58,194 nucleotides of DNA from Bacteroidaceae bacterium. Lineage in GTDB: Bacteria > Bacteroidota > Bacteroidia > Bacteroidales > Bacteroidaceae. The translations under genes were made by a program, and so were the position numbers. Positions within the stretch are counted from its first letter, which is position 1, and the number at the start of each line of letters is the position of its first letter. Below the pieces are notes generated by a model. The model saw only the letters and a list, made by a program, of their open reading frames with translations, was not told the origin of the DNA and made no database searches. Shown one piece after another: positions 48,563 through 58,107 of this stretch. The stretch is taken from NCBI GenBank assembly GCA_045642985.1, contig JAZUJU010000093.1, forward strand, positions 1-58,194, written 5' to 3'.

Positions 48563-49234
48563 TTAACGGTAAAACTTGGCCATGTTCTCAGCTGTAGGCT
48601 TGAGACCGCGCATAAGGCATTTCTCTGCAGGAGTCTTGGCCTTAGGCATAGCTATCCATAGAATAATGTATATAAAGGGCAGCATACCTGCTATTCCCCA
48701 CAGCATAAACAGTGCGAGAATATATTTGACCGGGAAGAGAATCGCAATAACCAGCAGAACCCTTAGAATTGTTCTGTCAATGTTGAAGTAATGTGCCAGT
48801 CCGGAGCATACACCGCCCAGAATGCGGTCATCAGGATCGCGATAGAGTTTCCTGTATGTTCTGTTGCTCCCGTTGTCCTCTTTCTCTCTATTGACGGTGG
48901 AGTCGTCTGTGCGGACCGAAGAGTCATAGCCGGAATGCGATTCCTGCTGCGATGGCTCAGGGCTTCCGTCCGGCATTCCCAACTGAGCTACGATTGCATT
49001 TATCTGTTCCAGACTTACGGCCATACACTCGTTATGCTGTCTTTCCAGAAGCAGTTCGGCAATACGGTCTTCTATGTCGGACATAATTTCCTTAGTCTGC
49101 CCATTGTCCGAAACATCACTCATTGTTGACAGAACTGCCTCGAAATCTTTCAGATAGAGATTAAGCCTGTCATACGCATCGTTTTCGATATTGAAGCTGC
49201 GTCCGCCGATGCTTGCGTTGATTACATCTTTCAT
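48563..49234 (-). CDS. PspC-domain membrane protein, small form (the same N-terminal helical region as the large form)
   Basis: 223 aa from the ATG at 49234. PspC motif KLYRDPDDRILGGVCSGLAHYFNIDRTILRVLLVIAILF. The N-terminal ~75 aa align with the N-terminus of 46792..48225. Confidence 0.8.
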   Translation of the reverse strand: MKDVINASIGGRSFNIENDAYDRLNLYLKDFEAVLSTMSDVSDNGQTKEIMSDIEDRIAELLLERQHNECMAVSLEQINAIVAQLGMPDGSPEPSQQESHSGYDSSVRTDDSTVNREKEDNGSNRTYRKLYRDPDDRILGGVCSGLAHYFNIDRTILRVLLVIAILFPVKYILALFMLWGIAGMLPFIYIILWIAMPKAKTPAEKCLMRGLKPTAENMAKFYR

Positions 49235-49258
49235 TGCCTGTAAAAGTAATTGTCGATG

Positions 49259-49266
49259 CAAAGATA
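49259..49266 (-). promoter_or_regulatory. candidate -7 box (TATCTTTG) for the PspC-PadR operon
   Basis: TAnnTTTG on the minus strand, 24 nt upstream of the ATG at 49234. Confidence 0.5.
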
Positions 49267-49279
49267 TATGTTTATTTTG

Positions 49280-49300
49280 GTACTTTGTTACACAAGGTAC
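49280..49300. promoter_or_regulatory. 21-bp imperfect palindrome, candidate PadR operator
   Basis: GTACTTTGT-TAC-ACAAGGTAC (9-bp arms, one mismatch), centred about 27 bp upstream of the -7 box, i.e. over the expected -33 region. Confidence 0.4.
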
Positions 49301-49382
49301 TAAAAAATTCAAAGAATTTGCATAATTCAATATTCCGACCGGCAGGCAGCGTCAGGAAGGGCTCGCCGGCTGTTATGTCTAA

Positions 49383-50279
49383 TTACTTGAAAATCTGTTG
49401 GATAAAGTAGCAATAGTCGCGCTGCCAGTGGTTCCATTCGTGTCCGCCCGATGTCACGTGAAATTCGTGACGGTATTCCTTGCGGGTCAGGTAGCGGTCG
49501 TAATTGAGGTTGTCCGCCAAAAGTACATCCTGGCGTCCTATCATAATGATGTACTCGCCTGGCTCTTCGTCGAACTGATTTTCGATTTTTTCCTTTTGGG
49601 ATTTGTATATGCCGTTGTAGTTGCTCGGCTTGATGAAAGCCTTGGTCAGCGGCGAGAACAGTCCGACATAGCCGAAGACATCGGGGTTGGCTGCGGAGAT
49701 ATGCAACGACTGCAGCCCGCCGATTGACATTCCGGCAATGGCGCGGTGCTTTTTGTCGGGAATGGTGCGGAATGTGCAGTCCATATATTTCACAATGTCG
49801 TTCACGAACGAAGATTCGACGGTTCCATCAATCTCGCAGAGGGACTCTATTGCATCCTTGCGGCGCGAGCCGTCCATATCGGCATTGTCATCGTACTGGT
49901 TCATATTGGGGGTGACGATGATGGCGGGAACTGCCTGCCCGCTTACTGTCAGGCTGTCTGTGATGCGGATTGCATTGCCCTTGGTCATCCACGATGTCTC
50001 GTATCCGTGCGCTCCGTGCAGCAGATAGACGACAGGATAGCGTCGGTCGCTTTCGTAGTAGCCTTCGGGCAGATAGACTATCATACGCCTGTATGTGGGA
50101 CCGGGTACGGTGGTGGAGTAGATTACCTCTTTTATTGTACCGCGTGGGGTATAGCCTTCGGGGGCAATGTCCTCAACGGCGCTGGCACGATAGTAGGGCT
50201 GACGTTTCGGCGCCAGAATCGAGCAGGATGCCATTGACATTGTCAGCATCAGGAATAAAAAAACTTTGCCACCCTTCAT
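49383..50279 (-). CDS. secreted esterase-family (alpha/beta hydrolase, putative esterase type) lipoprotein
   Basis: 298 aa from the ATG at 50279. Lipobox SMASC. YPVVYLLHGAHG and nucleophile elbow GMSIGG. Confidence 0.8.
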   Translation of the reverse strand: MKGGKVFLFLMLTMSMASCSILAPKRQPYYRASAVEDIAPEGYTPRGTIKEVIYSTTVPGPTYRRMIVYLPEGYYESDRRYPVVYLLHGAHGYETSWMTKGNAIRITDSLTVSGQAVPAIIVTPNMNQYDDNADMDGSRRKDAIESLCEIDGTVESSFVNDIVKYMDCTFRTIPDKKHRAIAGMSIGGLQSLHISAANPDVFGYVGLFSPLTKAFIKPSNYNGIYKSQKEKIENQFDEEPGEYIIMIGRQDVLLADNLNYDRYLTRKEYRHEFHVTSGGHEWNHWQRDYCYFIQQIFK

Positions 50280-50291
50280 AAAAAGCGGTGG

Positions 50292-50299
50292 CAAAGTTA
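50292..50299 (-). promoter_or_regulatory. candidate -7 box (TAACTTTG) for the esterase gene
   Basis: TAnnTTTG on the minus strand, only 12 nt upstream of the ATG at 50279, in the 45-nt gap after groEL. Confidence 0.4.
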
Positions 50300-50324
50300 T
50301 ATAAAAATCCGAAAGTCTGCTCAA

Positions 50325-52251
<1,927 letters not shown>

Positions 52252-52359
52252 ACTGATGTATTTAATTGGTTTGTTTTCTGCTTTTCCACTTACTAAAACC
52301 GTGCCACAGCCTGATGCAGCGCCGCAGACTGACGATTTGTGCCACGATATGACATCTTG

Positions 52360-53145
52360 TCACCCGGCGGTGATGCCGGTGCCGTGATCATCGAGAAGAG
52401 TTTCCAGTTCCTCTGGCGTGATGCCGCTGCGGAACTTTTCGTTCTTGAAGACGGATATGCGTCCGGTCTCCTCCGAAACGACGATAGCGATGGCATCGCA
52501 CACCTGTGTAATGCCGAGTGCTGCGCGGTGGCGCAGTCCGAACTGCTTCGGGATGTTTTCGCTGTGTGAGACTGGCAGTATGCAGGCTGCTGACTCTATG
52601 CGGCCGTCGCTGATTACCATTGCGCCGTCGTGCAGCGGACTGTTCTTGAAGAATATGTTCTCGATGAGCTGCTGGTTGATGTTGGCGTCGATTATTTCGC
52701 CCACCTGCAGCAGTTCATTCAGTTCCTCGCTCTCCTTTATGACTATCAGGGCACCGGTCTTGGTTGCGCTCATCTGGCTGCATGCCATTGCCAGAGGATG
52801 CCAGTCGGACGACATCTTCTTGATTCGGTGTTTGAAGAGCCAGCGGTAGATGCGGCCTGTGCGTGTCCTGGTTCCCAGTTCGCGGAAGAAACGGCGTATA
52901 TCATCGGCAAACAGGACGATGAATGCCAGCACGCCGACATCAATCAACTTGTCGAGGATGGCGCCGAGCAGCGGCATCTTGATGACCTGCGACACCAGCA
53001 TCCATACGAAGAAGAATATTACTATGCCGATGAACATATTTAGCGAACCGGTGCGCTTCATCATCTTATAGAGGTAGAACAGAAGCAGCGTCACACAGAT
53101 TATGTCGGCGATGTCCTTGATTCCGATGTTTGAGAATATTTCCAT
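52360..53145 (-). CDS. cdaA: diadenylate cyclase CdaA (membrane-anchored DAC/DisA_N domain)
   Basis: 261 aa with three N-terminal TM helices. DAC motifs HDGAMVI (DGA) and GLRHRAALG (RHR). Confidence 0.9.
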   Translation of the reverse strand: MEIFSNIGIKDIADIICVTLLLFYLYKMMKRTGSLNMFIGIVIFFFVWMLVSQVIKMPLLGAILDKLIDVGVLAFIVLFADDIRRFFRELGTRTRTGRIYRWLFKHRIKKMSSDWHPLAMACSQMSATKTGALIVIKESEELNELLQVGEIIDANINQQLIENIFFKNSPLHDGAMVISDGRIESAACILPVSHSENIPKQFGLRHRAALGITQVCDAIAIVVSEETGRISVFKNEKFRSGITPEELETLLDDHGTGITAG

Positions 53146-53154
53146 TGTAAGTGT

Positions 53155-53934
53155 CTATTTCTTTGATTGTGGGTCTATGCTGTTTGTGAATGCTCCGGCT
53201 ATGGCCGCTGCCTGCACGGCGCTCCTGACATCGTGTACCCTGAGCCAGTCCGCTCCGGCAGATGCCGCCAGCGTGTTCAGCGCCACGGTAGCTTCGAGCG
53301 CCTGTTCAGGCTGTATGCCTAACAGTTTGCAAGCCATCGACTTGCGCGAAAGTCCGGCCATTATGGGGAGCCCGAACTGCCTGAGTATGCCCAGATTTGC
53401 CAGAATCAGGTAATTCTGCATCAGTTCCTTGCCGAATCCGAAACCAGGGTCGATGATGATGTCATCCACACCGTATGAGTGCAGTATCCCGATGCGTTCT
53501 TTGAAAAACGATACCATCTCAGTCAGCGGGTCAACGCGTACGTGTTCGCTCCAGGTCAGGATATAGCTGGCACCTGCGTTTGCAATGGTGCGGTACATAG
53601 CTTCGTTTCCGCCTGAGACGTCGTTTATGACTCTGACATTCCATCGGCTGATGCACTGCGCCGCTATTTCCGGACGGAAGGTGTCGACCGACAGCGGTAT
53701 GTCGGGGCAGGCTTCGCGGACAACGGGAATACCGGCCTCGAGACGCTGCTGCTCTTCGGCGGCGCTGGCCGGCGTGCTGCCGGGTCGGGTGGAGCAGGCC
53801 CCGATGTCGAGCATCGCCGCCGCTTCGTCACGCATCTTCAGCGCGGTGCTGCGTACGGCCTCGGCATCGATGCATCTGGAACCGGCGTAGAATGAGTCGG
53901 GCGTCAGGTTGATAATTCCGGCAATTCTGGTCAT
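53155..53934 (-). CDS. folP: dihydropteroate synthase
   Basis: 259 aa. GIINLTPDSFY, DIGACSTRPG, INDVSGG and GLSRKS motifs. Confidence 0.92.
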   Translation of the reverse strand: MTRIAGIINLTPDSFYAGSRCIDAEAVRSTALKMRDEAAAMLDIGACSTRPGSTPASAAEEQQRLEAGIPVVREACPDIPLSVDTFRPEIAAQCISRWNVRVINDVSGGNEAMYRTIANAGASYILTWSEHVRVDPLTEMVSFFKERIGILHSYGVDDIIIDPGFGFGKELMQNYLILANLGILRQFGLPIMAGLSRKSMACKLLGIQPEQALEATVALNTLAASAGADWLRVHDVRSAVQAAAIAGAFTNSIDPQSKK

Positions 53935-53951
53935 CGCGTTCTAAACATGTG

Positions 53952-55271
53952 TTATAGCAGTCCGACGGTTTTTACAAGTCCTATGCTGTTGGAACCCTTT
54001 ATCAGTATGGTGCGGCCTTCGGGACGGTCCGACTGCAGCACTGCTGCGAGGGCGTCAACATTGTCAAAGCATTGCCATCCGACGGGAACGGTCTGGCCGA
54101 ACACAGCCTGAACTGCATTGCGAAACTCCGTTCCGACGAGTGCCACACTGCTGTATCCGTCGTCCATCAGACGCCTTACAATGCGCTGGTGTTCTTCGGC
54201 ACTGTGTTCGCCGAGTTCGCGCATATCGCCCAGTATCAGCATCTTGGCATCGGCGGTCATTATTCTGAAATTGTCGAGCGCGGCACTCATGCTGGTCGGA
54301 TTGGCGTTGTAGGCATCGACCACAAGCCTGTTGCGGCCGGTGTCGGTTATCTGCGAGCGGTTGTTGCGGGGTACATAAGCGGACAGCGCGGCGTCTATCT
54401 TGTCTGCCGGTACGCCGAAATGACATCCGACGGTTACTGCTGCAAGAGCGTTGTCTGTGTTGTAGCTGCCGGTCATGTTCATACGGACCGTGTGGCGCGG
54501 GCCGCCATTGCAGCTCCACCAGAATGTCAGCAGCGGGTTGCATTCCACAACTCCTCCTGTGACAGTGCCCTGACCGCTGCTGCTGTAGCCTATGGAGTCC
54601 ATTCCCCCGGCCATCCCGATAAGGTGCGGATTGTCCAGGTTGATAAATATGCGTCCCTGCTTGCAGCGTATGTGGTCGTATAGTTCTCCTTTGGTGCGTT
54701 TGACACCCTCGAACGAGCCGAAGCCCTGCAGGTGTGCCATACCGACATTGGTGATGAGACCGAAGTCGGGGTCGCAAACTTCAACCAGTTCTTTGATGTC
54801 GCCGGGATGGCTTGCGCCCATTTCCACCACTGCAAGCTGGTGTTCCGGCTTGAGTTTGAGAACGGTGAGGGGCACGCCGATGGAGTTGTTCAGATTGCCT
54901 TCGGTGGCAAGAACGTTGAATGTTTGCGAAAGCACGGCGGTGACAAGTTCCTTTGTAGTGGTCTTGCCGTTCGTCCCGGTGATGCCGATGACCGGCAGAC
55001 CGCAGCGCCGGCGGTGGAGCAGAGCCATCTTCTGCAAAGCCTTCAGCGTGTTTGATACCGGCAGAATACGTCCGTCGTTGAATTCCGCACGCTCAGGCTC
55101 GTCGGTGACGGCATAGCGGCAGCCCTGTTCGAGAGCCTGCAGCACATAGTCGTTGCCGTTGAAACGTTCTCCCTTCAGCGCTGCGAACATCAGTCCGGGC
55201 GCACATTTCCTGGAGTCGGTGGTGATGCCGTCGCACTGCAGGAACTTTTCGTATAGCTCTTCAATTTCCAT
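53952..55271 (-). CDS. murF: UDP-N-acetylmuramoyl-tripeptide--D-alanyl-D-alanine ligase
   Basis: 439 aa from the ATG at 55271 (the track start at 55283 is TTG). [19 protein letters not shown] and DAYNANP motifs. Confidence 0.9.
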   Translation of the reverse strand: MEIEELYEKFLQCDGITTDSRKCAPGLMFAALKGERFNGNDYVLQALEQGCRYAVTDEPERAEFNDGRILPVSNTLKALQKMALLHRRRCGLPVIGITGTNGKTTTKELVTAVLSQTFNVLATEGNLNNSIGVPLTVLKLKPEHQLAVVEMGASHPGDIKELVEVCDPDFGLITNVGMAHLQGFGSFEGVKRTKGELYDHIRCKQGRIFINLDNPHLIGMAGGMDSIGYSSSGQGTVTGGVVECNPLLTFWWSCNGGPRHTVRMNMTGSYNTDNALAAVTVGCHFGVPADKIDAALSAYVPRNNRSQITDTGRNRLVVDAYNANPTSMSAALDNFRIMTADAKMLILGDMRELGEHSAEEHQRIVRRLMDDGYSSVALVGTEFRNAVQAVFGQTVPVGWQCFDNVDALAAVLQSDRPEGRTILIKGSNSIGLVKTVGLL

Positions 55272-55392
55272 ACCGCTAATCAATCCAATGTCCGCGAATT
55301 TTCATCTCGAAAATCCTTCATAATATTTTTAATCGAACAAATTTAAACAACTTCTTAGCAATTTAGTGTCTGTTTTTGCGCAAAACGGATTC

Positions 55393-56664
55393 TTATTTCC
55401 TCTTTTTTCTGTCTGCCTTTCCGGCTTTGGCTGCGCTCTTCGCCGCTTTCCTCTCCTGTTTGCGGGCCTGTCTTTCCTGTCTGCCGGACTTTCTTGCATC
55501 TGTCTGACCTACGGCATCGCCATCTTTTTTCTGTCGGACAGTGACTGTGCCGCTTCCACCGCTCTGTCGGGCTTCGGCTATGAGTGCTGTCAGTTCCTTG
55601 GGGGATGGCACAGAGCAGTTTTCGGGGCAGAATATGGTGACGCACAGGTCTTCGTCGCTGTCATCGGGAATGAGCTGTGAGGCTGTTTCGCTGATGAGCC
55701 CGGTATCCAGCCATTTCATTGCCGTACGGGCCAGGCGGCACGCTGCGTCAGCTCCAGTATACGTCAGTCCGTAGATGTAGTCATCGGCCAGCAGCGAGAT
55801 TAACTGGCTGTCGGTCAGCGCACCGGCGTTGTCGGCGTCCATCTGCATCTGCAGCAGAAGCAGCGATTTGGCCCGCTCCACTTCGTCGTCGCTGAAGCCT
55901 TTTCCGCTCATCTTCGATATTTCGTTCAGCAGCGACGCTATGGCTTCGCGTATGTATTCTCCGATGATGTCGGCCGTAACCACAGTGTTGTCGGTGATGT
56001 CGGCGCCGCTGCCTGTAAGCCTGCGCTCAAAACGGAACTGAGCGTCACTGATAGGGGCGTCTGCGGGCGATGATGCTGCGGCGAGACGCTCATCCATCAC
56101 AATGGCGATGATGCGCTGTATCAGGTCGTTGTTGAAACGGACTTCGGTGCTGTTGAGTTCTTGGGGCATAGGACTGTCCTGCCAGTTCAGTTCAACCCGG
56201 CAGTCACTTCTGCTGCCTGTCGTTATCACTTCGATCTGCGGTCCGCTGCTTCGGTTAGGCACTGTGCTCCTGACTGTGCGAGGTTCCTGAGGTATGTCGG
56301 GCAGGTCGGAAAAACGGCTGACAAGCATCTTCTCGACATCGGCAGGTATGACATCTCCTACAATGATTAAGGCTTGGCTGACAGGCTCCAGACTGTTGCG
56401 TGCATCGCTCAGACTGCGGCGTAAGGCGTCTGCGCGATTTGCGTCGATACCACTGCGGCGGAATGTCTCGCGTCCGGAACGGGTGATGCAGGCAATCTCG
56501 ATTCCGGTTTCAGCGTTCTCGCTGCGGAGTATATAGTAGGTGAGTCCGCCGCGCAGGCTCCCGCATACCACCGACGGGTCACGCGGCAGCAGCGGAATGG
56601 TGCCGCAAATACCTGTCAGGCATATCAGAAGCATAAAAACGGTAATCGCCAGCCTTCGTCTCAT
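55393..56664 (-). CDS. secreted protein of unknown function, degenerate M16 (insulinase)-like fold without the HxxEH motif, and with a Lys/Arg-rich C-terminal tail
   Basis: 423 aa from the ATG at 56664, with a signal peptide. M16-like N-terminus GSLRGGLTYYILRSEN and M16_C-like GFSDDEVERAKSLLLLQMQ. No HxxEH is seen. The last ~45 aa are RQKKDG...RQERQARKQERKAAKSAAKAGKADRKKRK. Confidence 0.5.
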   Translation of the reverse strand: MRRRLAITVFMLLICLTGICGTIPLLPRDPSVVCGSLRGGLTYYILRSENAETGIEIACITRSGRETFRRSGIDANRADALRRSLSDARNSLEPVSQALIIVGDVIPADVEKMLVSRFSDLPDIPQEPRTVRSTVPNRSSGPQIEVITTGSRSDCRVELNWQDSPMPQELNSTEVRFNNDLIQRIIAIVMDERLAAASSPADAPISDAQFRFERRLTGSGADITDNTVVTADIIGEYIREAIASLLNEISKMSGKGFSDDEVERAKSLLLLQMQMDADNAGALTDSQLISLLADDYIYGLTYTGADAACRLARTAMKWLDTGLISETASQLIPDDSDEDLCVTIFCPENCSVPSPKELTALIAEARQSGGSGTVTVRQKKDGDAVGQTDARKSGRQERQARKQERKAAKSAAKAGKADRKKRK

Positions 56665-56685
56665 CTGTCGCAATCTTTCTATTCG

Positions 56686-56693
56686 CAAATTTA
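56686..56693 (-). promoter_or_regulatory. candidate -7 box (TAAATTTG) for the M16-like gene
   Basis: TAnnTTTG on the minus strand, 21 nt upstream of the ATG at 56664. Confidence 0.4.
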
Positions 56694-56741
56694 CAAATTT
56701 TGCGCACACGCGAATCATTCGCGTTGTGTTGCGTTTTTTTG

Positions 56742-56749
56742 TACCTTTG
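56742..56749 (+). promoter_or_regulatory. candidate -7 box (TACCTTTG) for the Big_2 lipoprotein gene
   Basis: TAnnTTTG match 42 nt upstream of the ATG at 56792. Confidence 0.45.
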
Positions 56750-56791
56750 CCAGACCAAATTGTATTTTAACCAATTATTAGTTGTTATATT

Positions 56792-57850
56792 ATGAAACGT
56801 CTTATGATACTTATTGCGGGAATTTGCACTATGACAATGATTTCCTGCTCAAAGGATGAAACAAATGATGAGGTGCAATCCATTACAGTTAGAAAGAATG
56901 AAATCACCGTTTGCACTAAATCTGCATTCAATCCCGTTGCGTTCGGTCTGCAAATCTTTCCGCAGAATATTGGAGAAGAGAAACTGGTCTATACCACTTC
57001 CGACAACTCTTTAGTCAGACTGAAAGAGGAAGAGTCATTGGCTTACCGTTTCTTTACCGGAAACAAAACTGGTGTCGCTACATTGACTTGCGCTTCCGCA
57101 GACGGAAAACATAAGGCTGATGTGCGTGTCAATGTTGTTGAAAACCCGAGATACGATATTCAGTGTGAAAAGATTGCCCCGTCTTCTCCCTCAGCAAGTG
57201 ACGGAGAACTGAAGGTTGCGGTTTCTGTCCACAACAAAACAAACTGCACACTTAAGAATGTGAAAGTCACGTGGAGAAAGAAATTCACTTCAGATTCTTT
57301 TGACAAGGAAGAAATCATAGCTGTCAAGGATGATAAGTTCGTCTTTGAGAAAAAGGGTTTGCCGGAATGCGTTGTCGGGTGTTCCTTCCGTATGGAATTT
57401 GAAGGCCTGGTGGATTTGCCTGGCAGGGCTACATCTCTCACATATGATTTTATGATAGCAGTACCCCCGGTTTTTGAACCTGAAGAACTGGTCGGCAACT
57501 GGTATGCAGCAACTCTGGACGGCTTCCGATTTGTCGATGGCAAAAGAGAGCCTTTCTATTATTACTTTAAGCCAGAGGACAGCGGAAAGCAGAACTTCGC
57601 CGTTTACAATTTTGAGATTGTAAATGGAATGGTTAAGATTACAATCTCAACGAACAACGCCGACGGTTCAAAGGCAACGGACATTGTAGAAGGTGTACTC
57701 CAGAGCGGAACCAAGATTGAAACTAAAGAGTGGCGTGTGGAAATCTTACAATTCAGCGAGAATTCTATGATATGCAGTTTCACAAAGACCTCCGAGGATG
57801 AGGGACTGGTTCTTCACCAGTCGTGCGAACTCAAGAAGATGTCCGAATAG
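56792..57850 (+). CDS. lipoprotein of unknown function with an N-terminal Big_2-like Ig domain and a C-terminal lipocalin-like region
   Basis: 352 aa. Lipobox MISC followed by SKDE (acidic stretch typical of surface-exported Bacteroidota lipoproteins). Big_2-like ...TGVATLTCASADGKHKADVRVNV. C-terminal LVGNWYA... pattern. Markedly AT-rich relative to its neighbours. Confidence 0.7.
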   Translation: MKRLMILIAGICTMTMISCSKDETNDEVQSITVRKNEITVCTKSAFNPVAFGLQIFPQNIGEEKLVYTTSDNSLVRLKEEESLAYRFFTGNKTGVATLTCASADGKHKADVRVNVVENPRYDIQCEKIAPSSPSASDGELKVAVSVHNKTNCTLKNVKVTWRKKFTSDSFDKEEIIAVKDDKFVFEKKGLPECVVGCSFRMEFEGLVDLPGRATSLTYDFMIAVPPVFEPEELVGNWYAATLDGFRFVDGKREPFYYYFKPEDSGKQNFAVYNFEIVNGMVKITISTNNADGSKATDIVEGVLQSGTKIETKEWRVEILQFSENSMICSFTKTSEDEGLVLHQSCELKKMSE

Positions 57851-57871
57851 TGACGTGCTTTAATAATTCAA

Positions 57872-57912
57872 GAAACAAAAATCCAGCGCCCCGGGTGCTG
57901 GATTTTTGTTTC
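57872..57912 (+). terminator. rho-independent terminator after the lipoprotein gene
   Basis: GAAACAAAAATCCAGC-(9-nt loop)-GCTGGATTTTTGTTTC: a 16-bp perfect stem with a T-rich 3' arm. Confidence 0.8.
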
Positions 57913-57989
57913 CCAGCTGAGCCGTCAGAGGGCTGGCTGGTGGGTCACGGATGAATAGTCCAGATATTCGGAATAAGTGGTTCTTTGTA

Positions 57990-58100
57990 TCACGCAATCC
58001 TGTCGTTGCCGAACAATGAATGCCTCTCCAACCTGGGATAGAGCTTGCGCCTGCCTCCCTGCAGGTCGGACAGTTCCTGTATGTGATACTTTATTGACAT
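57990..58100 (-). pseudogene. 36-codon ORF resembling the N-terminus of Bacteroidales HU-like (HU_HIG-type) DNA-binding proteins; probable truncated remnant
   Basis: MSIKYHIQELSDLQGGRRKLYPRLERHSLFGNDRIA then a stop. The M-S-I-K-Y...K-L-Y-P-R pattern matches my recollection of the first ~35 aa of ~130-150 aa HU-like proteins. The frame after the stop shows no continuation. Confidence 0.35.
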
Positions 58101-58107
58101 AGTTCCT

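Noticed and set aside
49331-49382. The GC-rich hairpin CCGGC...GTCAGGAAGGG...GCCGG after the esterase gene, considered as an SRP-RNA-like motif or an intrinsic terminator.
   Set aside because: There is only a 5-7 bp stem with a loop of about 18 nt and no U-tract. The similarity to the SRP domain IV consensus is limited to GUCAGGAAGG.
52301-52345. TGGCAC motifs upstream of groES read as sigma-54 (-24/-12) promoters.
   Set aside because: Neither copy has the required TTGC(A/T) five nt downstream of TGGCAC. The sequences are AAATCGTCA and GGTTTTAGT. The repeat is kept as an observation, but the sigma-54 reading is rejected.
55372-55386. The palindrome GTTTTTGCGCAAAAC downstream of the M16-like gene, considered as a terminator.
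   Set aside because: The stem would be almost entirely A-U with a 4-nt GCGC loop and no flanking U-run in the gene's direction, so it is too weak to call.
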